This document shows, piece by piece, positions 13,901-47,155 of a stretch of DNA of 64,000 nt. The stretch lies in the NCBI GenBank assembly GCA_030141605.1, contig JAQGDQ010000031.1:620001-684000 (forward strand), read 5' to 3'. The notes below the pieces were generated by a model. That model was not told the DNA's origin and did no database searches. It saw nothing but the letters and a program-made list of their open reading frames with translations. Every line of letters begins with the position of its first letter. Position 1 is the stretch's first letter. This DNA is from Tubiluchus corallicola (Eukaryota; Animalia; Priapulida). The position numbers were made by a program, and so were the translations under genes.

Positions 13901-16900
13901 AGTTGCTTCTGGGCTGTCCTGACTTATTTCCCTCGTTGAGACAGTCCGGTTGTACATTGCTCTGGACCTAGTTAGGACACATGTATTAATATATTTCGTC
14001 CTAAAGAACTATCTTTGATAATTAAGTGCTGGTTCTGCCACAGCCATCAACTTTTAAACTAGGCTTTACCATGTAATAAATTTTCTCCTAACACTTATAT
14101 TAAACTAGCGATTTTTTGGCTAAAAAGCACCAAACCGGTGATTCCGTCATAAGAATATGATAGAACCCCATAGCCCATATTTGGGGGTAGTATTATAAGG
14201 TAAATTATTACAACGAAAATCAAATTAATACAAAATTATAATCTATAAATGATTAGGTTTGGGCAGGTCAGTGCCTGAAACCGCCTGGTTACTTTTATGG
14301 TGGATGTGTTAAAAGCGAATATATTACCAGTATTAGCACGCTTACTAAAACTAATTGAGTGTTTTATAAGGATATAAAAATACATGAACGGCTATAAAAG
14401 TAAACAAAGCATGTATTTTGCTTTTCACTTAAACCATGCTCGGAAGAAGTTTTGACGAAAAATAATTTTTTCACTCATTCGCCAATACAGGTGGTTAGTA
14501 ACCATGTTTTTTCTGTTTCTGTAAAATATTGTGAGAGTTCTGTAACTTCAAGTTCTGGAATAATAGGTGTATTCACTATTAAATATTTTGTTTTGACTGA
14601 TTGTATATGGGTGGAACTTAGTGCAGCAAACAATTCCATATTTCAGGCTCTGCACAAGGTGTCCTGGCAGTGATGATCTATTTTTGGCAATGTTTGTAAT
14701 ATTTAGTAATAAATGTGTTCTATTTACACGTGATTTTCTCTGACTACTGGTTACTAAATTTGACGCAAAGTTCCTTTTGGGAAGTTTATCGCGGCTTGAC
14801 AGTTTCCTTTTTCATAGTCTGAGTGGGCAGTGGACCAGCGGTATCAGCAATATAAGCGAGTTTGGCTTACTTCAGTACTTATAACTGATCAGTATTGATT
14901 AGAAACGAGTCTTTCAGAATAAAGTATAGATGAAAACTAAAGACTGTGCATGGTTTAATTTTATTTAACCCAAGGAAAATGCTATGAAACGTTATGTCAT
15001 TAATGTATAAGATACCGGAAAACCGGAAACTATACCTGTATATACACATGTGGTGCATTAAAGGATGTAAAAGTAACTTTAATACTACCGGAATAAACCA
15101 GATAAGACCACGAACGTGACAAAACGTCTGTAGTATCAAGGATAAATAAATTGTCAACATGTCGTAAATAATAACACAAATAATTCCTGTTTTACACACC
15201 CACACAAACGTCATATCTTATGTGTTTTATGTATCTTAGAAAGCGTACTTATATTTGTCAGCGAAAAAATTTCGTTAGCATCCAAATAGGTTATGGAAAC
15301 CGTATTTTGTAAATGCTAAATTAAGTGTCAAGTTATAGCTTTACAACTATAAGTATACATACATAACATAAACTATTTTCAATAAGAAGAATAGATACAA
15401 TTGTGAAAATTGTAATTAATAAAAAATTCTCTAATTACGCTTAATTACATGTGCAGGCACTACCAAGTACACATGTATAGTGAAATAGAATGCACTAACA
15501 TCATCATTATTTCACGGTCATACCAAAGTAGTTGTAAGGTTATGTTCTATCACAGTAGCGATAATATAGCAGTAAAGTCGTAAAAATGTAACTTACAGTT
15601 TAAATGTCAAACTTGCTTTTCGTTGTAGTTCTTCTTATTCCGTACTGCTGCTTTTACTTTATAATGATTTGTCTACACTGCTATTTTTTCTATGCTTAAA
15701 AGGATAGTATTAACTATTAACCTTTTCACACAACCTGCGTGCGCCACGTCTACATATAATACAGCCTGGTTGTCACGACTCGTTAAGTAAAATGTGTGAG
15801 TTGAACTTGAAAATACTGCCATCTATAAGATCTCTAGGGGTTTTCACCTTGTGGGCAGCAGATATATTGTTAATTACTCTCGGTGGTCAAACCTCTACAA
15901 TAGGCTGCTCCTGGTACAAGACCGAGTCAAGGTTTTTCAGCGTGATCCGTTCACGTTTTGCAGGTTTTGGTCGAGTTGCACGCGACTGTGATGAAATGTA
16001 GGCGTATATGCTGTATTGCTTTTATGCAGTCCATATAATATAAGTACTTACATTTGGATACTTTTGATCGGGTGGTCTGTCACGATTTTATTTGCGACTT
16101 TCCTTCATTAAATTTCAAATTACATTTAGACTAAGGTCCAGTAACGAATTTTATAATAGTTAATACAGTCAATTAACGAAACAGAGAAACACTGTGCAAC
16201 CAGGTGAAAATTTAAAACAGGAAAAAGTCATAAAATTACCAAATGTATTTTTTTCAATTTTTAACCATCAACTTATACAAAATGTCACACTTAAAAAGGA
16301 TAACGGGGAAAAAAGTACAAAGACGCAGTGAATAAAAACAAGGAAAACGCAGATGTATAAAATCTCTCGTACAACCACAATATCGGAGAGTAAAACCCAA
16401 AACTTATGTGTTATATGGCAGAGAACTCTAGGTTATATATAGGAAAATGTTCCTAAACCTATTTAGGGAGAGGACGAGCCAGAACGACCAACTCCTCTCC
16501 TCTCATTCCCATGGGATGCTTCTCCTCTTCTATATATCCTGAAAAACCTTAGTCTAATTCTTCAATGTTAACGATATGAAACGTACAGAGAAACTGCCCT
16601 ACGATTGTTTGGCGACGGGAGAATCTTAGCTTGTAAAATGAGATTGTAAACATACAAAAGATAGTCTTATTATAGTGATTATGAGCGACAAACTAAATCT
16701 TACGAATTACATATATGAATAAGCTCTCTGCCTTTTAATTTGCACTCAAGGAAAATTAGGAGAGACGTTTTACGATTCTACATCGCTGCGCATAAAGCAA
16801 CTACATAAGTCACATTTGCATCAATGTGGCTTTTTATCTTGGCTCTTAGCTAACAAGGTTTTCTGCTTATCTGCACTGAATTAGTGATTAATAGTTCAGT

Positions 16901-17935
16901 AATTTGTTTACGCTATAATAAAAGCACACAGCAAAAGTTTTACCATCGTTATGATAATATTATATTATTTTAATCCTGCATTGTTGTAGTTATGTTGCAA
17001 AATAGTCTGCAGTTTAATCAAACATTCGGTCACATCTACAGAAGCAAAAAGTATATTCTGATTACTGTCACGGTCTCATAAGAGGGAATTCAGCCTGATA
17101 TTTGTTTGTGGTTGGGCCAGGCTGAGAGAGGCCGGGAATTTATTGAATCACTAACTTAAACGGGCAATTATGCAAAATCACATTCATAATCATAAACAAA
17201 AGTGACACACAATTGTTATTTTATTATAACAATATTTTTCTAAAAGAAAGAAGACTGAAATTCTAACGTTTAACTTTAGACTTCATCATAAACATTACTG
17301 ATGCGTGTCGTTCAAACATGATCTCGATTTTTAGTTGAAATCCGCTTTCAGAGACCCAAAAACAATCCGCCTCGTGAACGTGGATTTTGAAGTTTGAAGT
17401 TTCTCTTTGACATCTTGCCTGCATATGTGGGAGAACTAAATGTTTCATTGTGTATATCAGATCCTAATGCAAATTTTTAATTTGTCGTACAACAATCACA
17501 CATTTTGAATGTTTCAAACTTAATCTGGTTTTATCTAGGTAGCTTATCACACCGTTTTAAAGATTAATCTAGCGTAGGCGACTACCACTGTTATGCTGTT
17601 TATTAAGCAAAGAAGCCTGTGAAGCATATATGCAAAGTTCATTAACCTCGAAACCTTTGATGCAACTCAAAATTAACTCGATTGCATTTGCAATTGGTAT
17701 ATAGTTGTGCATGATAGCATATTTTAATTACGTAGCACCATAACTATGATATGACAGTAAAAAACTAACAAAAATTATTTTATAAAAATTTAGTTTCATC
17801 TTTTATTACGACTGATTAGTCCTATTCATTAGAAAACCTTTGGAGAAACAGACTGGATTTTCATAAAGGAATGCGAGTGGAACACACTGAGAAACAGCAG
17901 GTATTTCCACTGTTTATAATTGCAAAAATACATTG

Positions 17936-18904
17936 TTTGCAAGTATGGTAAAAGCTCTGCACACTGATATGCTAGCGCGTCTCTCTGTCAATGGCCAGCT
18001 TAGTGATCCTGTAGAATACAACAGCGGTGTGAAACAAGGCTGCAAGTTAGCTCCATCTCTTTTCGGACTTTTCGCTGCAGTCCTTTTTTGCCGGTAGCCT
18101 TCGGCAGACTTGGCTCGACGAAGAGCATTCATGTTCGATTCAGATATGATGGAGACATTTTTAACCTACGTCGACTCAAAGCAAGTACGAAGACACGAAT
18201 GATGTTCCTGCGTGAAGCGCAATATGCCGATGACATAGCTATCTTCTCTGACAACCCGGAAGACCTTCAGGATCTCATCGACATTTACAATGAAACTGCA
18301 AAGAGAATGGGACTGCGCATTAACAAAAGGAAGACTGAGTGTCGGCTCTAGCGACAGTGTCAATTTTACCATTGACGGAGAACAGCTTGGAAGTGTGCAA
18401 CGGTTCAAATATCTCGGAAGTTACATCTGCTCAGATACTCGATTGGATACTGAGCTTCATGCAAGAATTAATGCTGCAGCCAGCTCTTTCGGCCGTATGA
18501 GGAAACGTGTCTTCGATAACCATGACCTTACCATCGCCACTAAACTGCAGGTGTACAAGCAATGCATCATTCCGCAGCTTACCTATGGTCAGGAAACGTG
18601 GACACTCTATCAAGATCAGGTCAGGTCTCTTCGTGCGGTTCAGCAGAGACATCTGCGTCACATCCTTCGTATTCGCTGGGACGACTATGTGCCAAACGAA
18701 GACGTGCTGGCTCGTGCCAAGATGGAAGATATCGAGGTTACGCTTACTAAGGCTCAACTTCGGTGGTTTGGGCATGTGGTCAGAATGAACGATAAGAGAC
18801 CGACAAAGGCCCTTCTCCATGGAGAACTAACCAGTGGCTCTCGCAGTGTTGGTCGTCCTCTCCTTCGCTTCAAGGACAAGGTGAAGTTCTCTCTGAGGAA
18901 AGGT
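17936..18904 (+). mobile_element. 5'-truncated RTE-clade non-LTR retrotransposon (reverse transcriptase C-terminal half), two frameshifts
   Basis: Three consecutive frames give GVKQGCKLAPSLF, RFRYDGDIFNLRRLKASTK, QYADDIA, GLRINKRKTE, FKYLGS, LTYGQETW, QLRWFGHVVRM, RSVGRPLLRFKD: RT motifs plus RTE-type insert and C-terminus. Frameshifts near 18088 and 18345; visibly GC-richer than host DNA. Confidence 0.93.
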
Positions 18905-18996
18905 AACAACCCCACACACCCCCAAACCCACAACAACCCAAAAACCAAAAAAACACAACCAAACAACAAAAACAACACACCCACAACCCCCACACC
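18905..18996. repeat. 92-nt aperiodic tract containing only A and C
   Basis: No G or T from 18905 to 18996; abruptly replaces the RTE 3' end. Confidence 0.9.
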
Positions 18997-19064
18997 TATA
19001 ATGGCAAAAATATAACTCTTCGTGGTATTATAACTTTAATGCTCAATTTTATCATTAAACACAG

Positions 19065-20665
19065 GTGCAAGCCTCCCTGGTTTATTGCGAGTCAGGGAGT
19101 GTACTGCATGATTTGATTAAGAGGCCCCGGAAGCAAGCAGAGCTGCCGAGGTTCGGGAGGTGGTTGCACAGGAGCAGCAATTGAAGTTTTGGCGGCATGT
19201 TTTCGAGTCTAAATGGAATATGGACCCAAAGCCTGTCCTGGATGCCTTTATTCTGTGGCAGTTGCTTGAGGTCCTTCACGTGGAAGAAATGCGTCGTAAT
19301 GCTCTTTGAAATCTTCGCGATTCTGCAGCAAGATCAGACTTTTGAACAGTGTTTTAAAGACCGAGGATCCAACCTCTGCAGTAGCTTCTGAATGCTGTTT
19401 TGATGAGGGAGCGTCTCCAAGCAATGTCCTTATTGCTAAACTGTACTTGGTGACTACAGGCGGATTGCCATTGGTAGTTAGTAATGCATGTTGTTTCACT
19501 GTATGTTGGCAATAAGGTTGCAGCTTCTCGCTTTTAAGAAATTACAAAGGCAGATCGTAGAGTAGATGCTGTTGCTGCTGCTAACATTACTACATATATT
19601 TAGAAGTTTATCTTGAAGGACGCTCAGAGGAATGCAAGGGACTAGAATTTGAGCTTTACTGATATCAGGAAAGCTTTTGACAGTATGTCCCGCGATACTG
19701 TTATTTGGGGAGCGAGGATAGTTGCAATACCTGATCATCTGACAGGATATCTCTGACAATAGTGCAAGGAAGGGACAACAGTTCTTTATGGAGAGAATTT
19801 GTGAATGGTTAGTGGCGTAGGCAGGGAGACCCTCTCTCTCACTATGGGTGAGGGATGGTTGGTCATTGCTGAGGCTCTGAAAAAAATTGACGGTTTGGGT
19901 AATGGTTATAATTTGGAAGGCTCTTGTTTAATAAGTTGGGCTTTGCAGATAGCTTAATTAGTATTGATAGTTTCAGCAATCCTGTAAAAAGGTTTAGCTT
20001 CTTCAGTAGAAATTGCGGTTACGTCGTCTCGTTCTCAGTCTTCAAAAGTGTGCTACATTGTCCATCATAGCAAAACGAGATGGTCAAAAGATGGCTGTGT
20101 GATTGGAGTAGTTCCTTGAGATGCAGGGATTGATGGTCGAAGGAGTGGATGTTAGAAATATTTATAAATACCTGGAAGTGAAGCTTTCGGTGGGAGGTCG
20201 TATCAGTTGCTGGAGCAGTTATTGGTTAATCTAGCAGGAACGCCTCTTAAGTCGATGTCAAGTGAATATTGGCTTATTAAGAGTTTTGGAATTAAGAATT
20301 CGGAAAACTGTCAGGTTGTTTCCGAGGCTGCCATCAGATAAATCTATCTTCTACTTTTGTGGTTCCATTTAGGAGGGAGGACTTGGGGTGCCGTGTTTTA
20401 AAATGACGAAATAGTAACGGTAAAACAAGATTCACAAAATACTTCTGAGACTCAATGAATCACAAATGGCTTTAATTTTGTGCGTCAAAATTGCTAAAAC
20501 TTTCTGGCACAAATTATATACTAAAATAAGAGTTTTGGAAATGAGGATTAGGAAAACTGTCAGGTTGTTCCTAAGGCTGCCATCAGATAAATCTATCTTC
20601 TACTTTTGTGCTTCCACTGAGGAGGGAGGACTTGGGGTGCCGTGTTTTAGGAATAGAATTCCTTG
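19065..20665 (+). mobile_element. Degenerate R2-clade (site-specific class) non-LTR retrotransposon fragment
   Basis: Broken-frame motifs in R2 order: FWRHVFES, VLIAK..GDYRRIAIGS, SFTDIRKAFDSM, GV.QGDPLS, GFADSL (AFADDL), KCATLSI, YKYLEV, TPLK, then IRKTVRLFLRLPSDKSIFYFCASTEEGGLGVPCFRNRIP (recalled R2 consensus IR..VRRWL.LP.D.P..YFHA....GGLG). Many stops and indels. Confidence 0.8.
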
Positions 20666-22159
20666 TTATGTTTCAGTTAGTTACTTAAATTGATCATGAA
20701 AATATGATGATATTAAGTACTTAAACTCTAGAAAAAATATTGACCCTACTGCCGACGGTTCACTTATAAGTCCTAGCCAAGCACAAACAATTCACGGAAA
20801 TAATATGTTTATTTACTTTTTAGGTTTTCCTTTACCTACGTACTATGTACTTGACTGCATGATCGTTGAATGTCAAGTATGCAGGGCGATTGTTTGTTTG
20901 TTTAACAGGTGGATATTAATACTGCACTTATAAGTTCATTTCGTAAGTTTATGTGATCCTGTTTACAAATTTTACGTACTTGTGTACAACACAAGTAGTT
21001 TACACATAGATAATAATTATTGCTACGTGGAACTCTCAGTAATATTATTCTCTATAAATTTAGACGTGTCACTTTTTCTAGAGCGCAGTCTCACTAGCGC
21101 AAATTAAATGTGCGAGCACGATATCTTATTGGTGGGCAACGTTTTCAGCGCCAGGCTAGCTGAGTTTTTATTTTGTAACCAACCACAAATATTTTCGATC
21201 CACTCATACTGCAGGCCTATCATAATATTCCCGATAATAAAGTAGGTTATTCAGCAGAGCGAAAATGACGAAATAATAACGGTAAAGCAAGATCCACAAA
21301 ACATTACTGAGACACAATGAATCACAAATGGCTTTAATTTTGCCCGTAAAAATTGTTAAAACTTTATATACCAAAATAACGAAACGATTAACTTTAGCAT
21401 ACTTATCAATCTTACCAGAAATAATGATAATTGCCGTGATAATTATTTGTTCGTGCTATTTTTTAGTTTATTTTAGTTAATATCTCAATCTGTCGCTGCA
21501 TTAAAGGGAGTTAATGTGAGTCGCACATGAGTTCCAACTGTATCGTCAATGTTCTGTGGTTTCTCGCGCCTCATTTCTTTTGTCCACTACAATAATTTGT
21601 CTACCTGCATGCAAGAGCAACTACTGCAATAGCAGGTTCAGTTAATTTCAATATTTAATTTGTTTATTGTTGAACTTCTGTAGATCAATTTCAAGTTTGC
21701 AAAGTCTAGAATATTTATATATTGAAGCCTGGACTCCGATTGTCAATCTCCCCATAGAGTCATCCAGGTAATTTTTTGTGCTTTTAATATCTGACTAATT
21801 ATTTTTCCTGTGATCATCGAAAATCGCTTTGTAATTTTTAATGGCTCCCTCATACATTTGCTTATGCACGATTATAACACACAACTTACAATATTGTTTG
21901 TAATGTAATTTTTGGATTCCAACTGCTTTTCCCGCATGATCCGCTCTTTGTTATGTAAATTATAATTTCTGTATGCTTGTGCAGTATTACAGATGTTATT
22001 TTGATTTTACATATTTTCCACTCTGATTTCTTTTGATTTTTCACATATTTCTTGTCAATAATAATCCCTTATAATATTGTTTGCTGTTGAGTATATTTCA
22101 ATTTTCATTATACCAATTTCCTTATTATGATGTTGAACTAAATAAGTTTTCACGCGCTA

Positions 22160-22216
22160 GACGGCGCAGGGATAGAACTGCAGCAGACATGGCCGCTACT
22201 GTTAAGTGCTAGCAGT
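22160..22216 (+). promoter_or_regulatory. Candidate WDR7 promoter / non-coding first exon
   Basis: CpG-containing patch after AT-rich DNA, YY1-like ACATGGCCGC, donor AGT|gtaaga at 22216/22217; plausible partner acceptor ctacag| at 23147. Confidence 0.4.
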
Positions 22217-23237
22217 GTAAGACCGTTTTATCATTATAATTAGGGAATTAATTGTTTTTGTGCAAAAGGCATGTAGTTGTTTGTTGCGTTATGTAAGCGT
22301 ATGCCTTATCTGTAAATGAAGCATTCGCGACAATGTAGGCCTACTTTGTATACCTGTGTGTTTGTAACAAACTCTGTAGTTGTCAGTGAAAAAACCTGAC
22401 TCAGCCTAACTCAGTACAGTAGTTGACGCTTTTTGCAATATTATGTTGAATGTGAAATATAAGCATAAATTTGCATTTTTAAATAGGTGCTAGGCGTTCT
22501 ATCGTGATTGTATTGTCTTCTAGTGTAGGCCTGAGCTAGCATACCATGTTGGGTGATACTTATACCCAAGGCAACGGTAATAATTGATTGTTTGCCTAAA
22601 TAGAACCCTTCATGAAATGCCCATGGTTTAATTATTTTCTTAATTAAATTGTTTTCCTTGTCACATTGCATCAAAATTATCAATTTCTGCATTTTAAATT
22701 TCTATCGTTGCTTTATGAATATACTGGTAAACGTAAACTGATTAGGTGACTAAAATAATTGGCTGATAGAAAGTGGATAGTGCGAAACATAATGGTGAAA
22801 AATCTCAGCCTGGGTTCTCATGTGAAATAATGCTACAGAGTGCAAAGAGTCACTGGAGAGTCATTGGTTAGCAGTTCCCATCTTGCGACTAGTGATTAAT
22901 TACTTCGTGGTGAAAAAATTTGGTCCCATGTTGGCAACAATACCGTGCCGGACTGTACTAATTATCAAAGTTTAACACAACTTGACTGCTTTGTCAATTT
23001 GTGTGTTACATTGTGGGATATTGTACAAATCTGTAAATTCCTTAATGATGTAAATTTAATTGTGTTTTTTATCTGTAAGTGTACGTCATTTGTATTCTGT
23101 GTTTACAGTACAGTTACTGATTGCATCACTCAGTCTGATGTCTACAGCTGATGATGAAGCAGAAATTAGACAAACGATTTTGTAACTGTTATTAATATCG
23201 ACTTGAAGTTGTACATTGCATTGGAGATCTTTCAAGC

Positions 23238-44979
<21,742 letters not shown>

Positions 44980-45948
44980 GTAGGAAAATGTTTTATCCAT
45001 AACGTGATATAAACCTTGTCTTGTGTTTTTACGGATGCACCAGGACAGAATTGAATTCCACAGAACAACAAGCTCTTCAAGATCTTATTGTGAAAAAAGT
45101 GGGAAGCTGATTTTTTTAGACTTTCAATTGTAATTTTGAGGCTTTAAACACATTTAAGTTGTATTTTAAACATTTTGCTACTCAACATACATCAAATAAC
45201 CTCATCGAATTATTTAGTATTATGGGTTGTTTGACCTTGTGTTGTATGTAGTACTTTAACATCAGCACATTTCACACTAGTTTCTCATGTGTTTTTCATT
45301 TTTTCATCAGCTTGAGGCATGATGTCTTTTTTTCCTGCTCGTAATTCCGGTACATGTTCCAGCAAATGTAAATTGAGGGTTTCCACCCCCGGGATAACTA
45401 GACTGATTGTCCTCAAGTAAATGCCTGGGCAATTACAGGAATTCGCGAAGTGAAATAAATTTTGTACAAGAGCAAAATTAGTGTTCCTCGAACTTGCCCT
45501 GCACGCTGTAATTACTGCTCTACTCACTCAATGTGGTTATCAAATCAAAATGTCTCGTTCTTGGATGCTCCTTTCATTACAGTGATCACCTGTTCACTAA
45601 TCATTTGGGGAATTTCCGGATTTCATGCTAAATTTGGTTCTGACTGCAAGGTATTGTCGCAAACTGCTTTTCCATTAACCGAATTTCAGACATGTTATTA
45701 CCATTAAAGTTCGATCTGACAGCAAAATAAAGGAGTTAACAGTAGTAGTTCTTGAAGGATAGTTAAATAATTGGTGGGATGTTTATTAAAAAGAATTTAT
45801 AGTTTAAGACAAAGGTTGACACCTCTATAAATCCATATTGAAAGAAATTCCTGGAAAATTTGTATACATTAGAAATATTGACATTAAGGAAAATTCGGAC
45901 CCAATATTGAACCCAATGTCAGAGCTCAAAGTGATCTATGTATCAAAC

Positions 45949-46131
45949 ATTGAAAGGGAAAATATTGTTTTTTCAAGAATGTCTTCATGAAAGAATTATT
46001 ACCACAGACCACAAAAGTTTAATTTCACATTTGTGCCTTGTTTATTGAAAGGGAAAATGTTGTTTTTTCCAAGAATGACTTCGTGAAAGAATTATTACCA
46101 CAGAAGTTTACTTTTACATTCATGCCCTGTT
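45949..46131. repeat. Tandem duplication, two ~90-95-bp copies
   Basis: attgaaagggaaaat.ttgtttttt.caagaatg.cttc.tgaaagaattattaccacaga repeated twice. Confidence 0.85.
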
Positions 46132-46954
46132 ATGTGCATTTCACTACATGCTAGTTAGATGGTAAAGTGTGCCGCATCTCGGAAACGTATTGCAAAAAAA
46201 CAGACACACTCCCTTCTCTCTCTGTGTGTTCATTTGTGGTTTTTGGTGAAATTGCATGATAGAAGCTTGAAATTTAAACTGAAATTTAGAAGTTTCTAAA
46301 CTGAAAATTTGCCGAGTTGGTGTAATTCATATTTAGTGCTGTACTGTACCGTTGCATTTCAGTATTTGATTTTGCAAACACGTGCAACACACTCGTAGCA
46401 TGTTTCTTCCATTTGGAGATTATTAAGTTCTACTTCATGTTACAATACGTTCATGATGTCACTACTATCTGTGCTCGCCAGCGGTTCATTAAGCTTCTAC
46501 GCTAATATTCAGTTTTCAGAAACATGGCATTTTTGTAAGTGTTAAAATGCATATTTTTGCTGTACTTTAAAATGAGGTAGGGTATGAAAATTCATGCTTT
46601 TTTTCTTTGAGCATTTTTATTTGTTCACATTATCCTAGTGCAATTCTTTGCCAAGGAATTTGTTCAACTCTGTAACTTGCATGTGTTGGAGATAAAAATG
46701 TGATTGTTAAGAAAGATGAAAAGTGACCTTTGTGTAAAATTTAGATTGCCCAATTATGAATTTTTTTAGCTAAATGAACTGAAGTTAACTTGAAGTTTCT
46801 TGGTCGGTCACTTCACCAGAGCATATAGGCATGTAGCAGTAATAATGACAACAGAGTTTGTTAGTTAAATGAGCCAGGTCTTGTGTAATGAATTTGAACA
46901 ATAAGTAAATTAAGAATGTCATGTTGAGTGACAAATTATAAAACCCATGTGTTA

Positions 46955-47155
46955 GTAATGATATTAATATTAATAATCGTAAATATGGTGATCATAATGA
47001 CGATGATGATGGTCATAGTGATGGTGATGATGATAATGGTGATGATCAGTATGGTGATGATGATGATGATCAGAATGATGGTGATGATGATATTAACTAC
47101 AAGAATGCTGATATTAATGATCGTAGCTGCAGCGAAAGACAGTAATGATGACGAC
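46955..47155. repeat. Degenerate (ATG/GAT)n trinucleotide repeat
   Basis: atgatgatg/atggtgatg runs; source of poly-Met and poly-Ile pseudo-ORFs. Confidence 0.9.

Noticed and set aside
18431-18993. Overlapping ORFs within the RTE element, including the T/N/P/K tail of ORF 18290..19015
   Set aside because: Alternative-frame shadows of the RT and read-through into the A/C tract.
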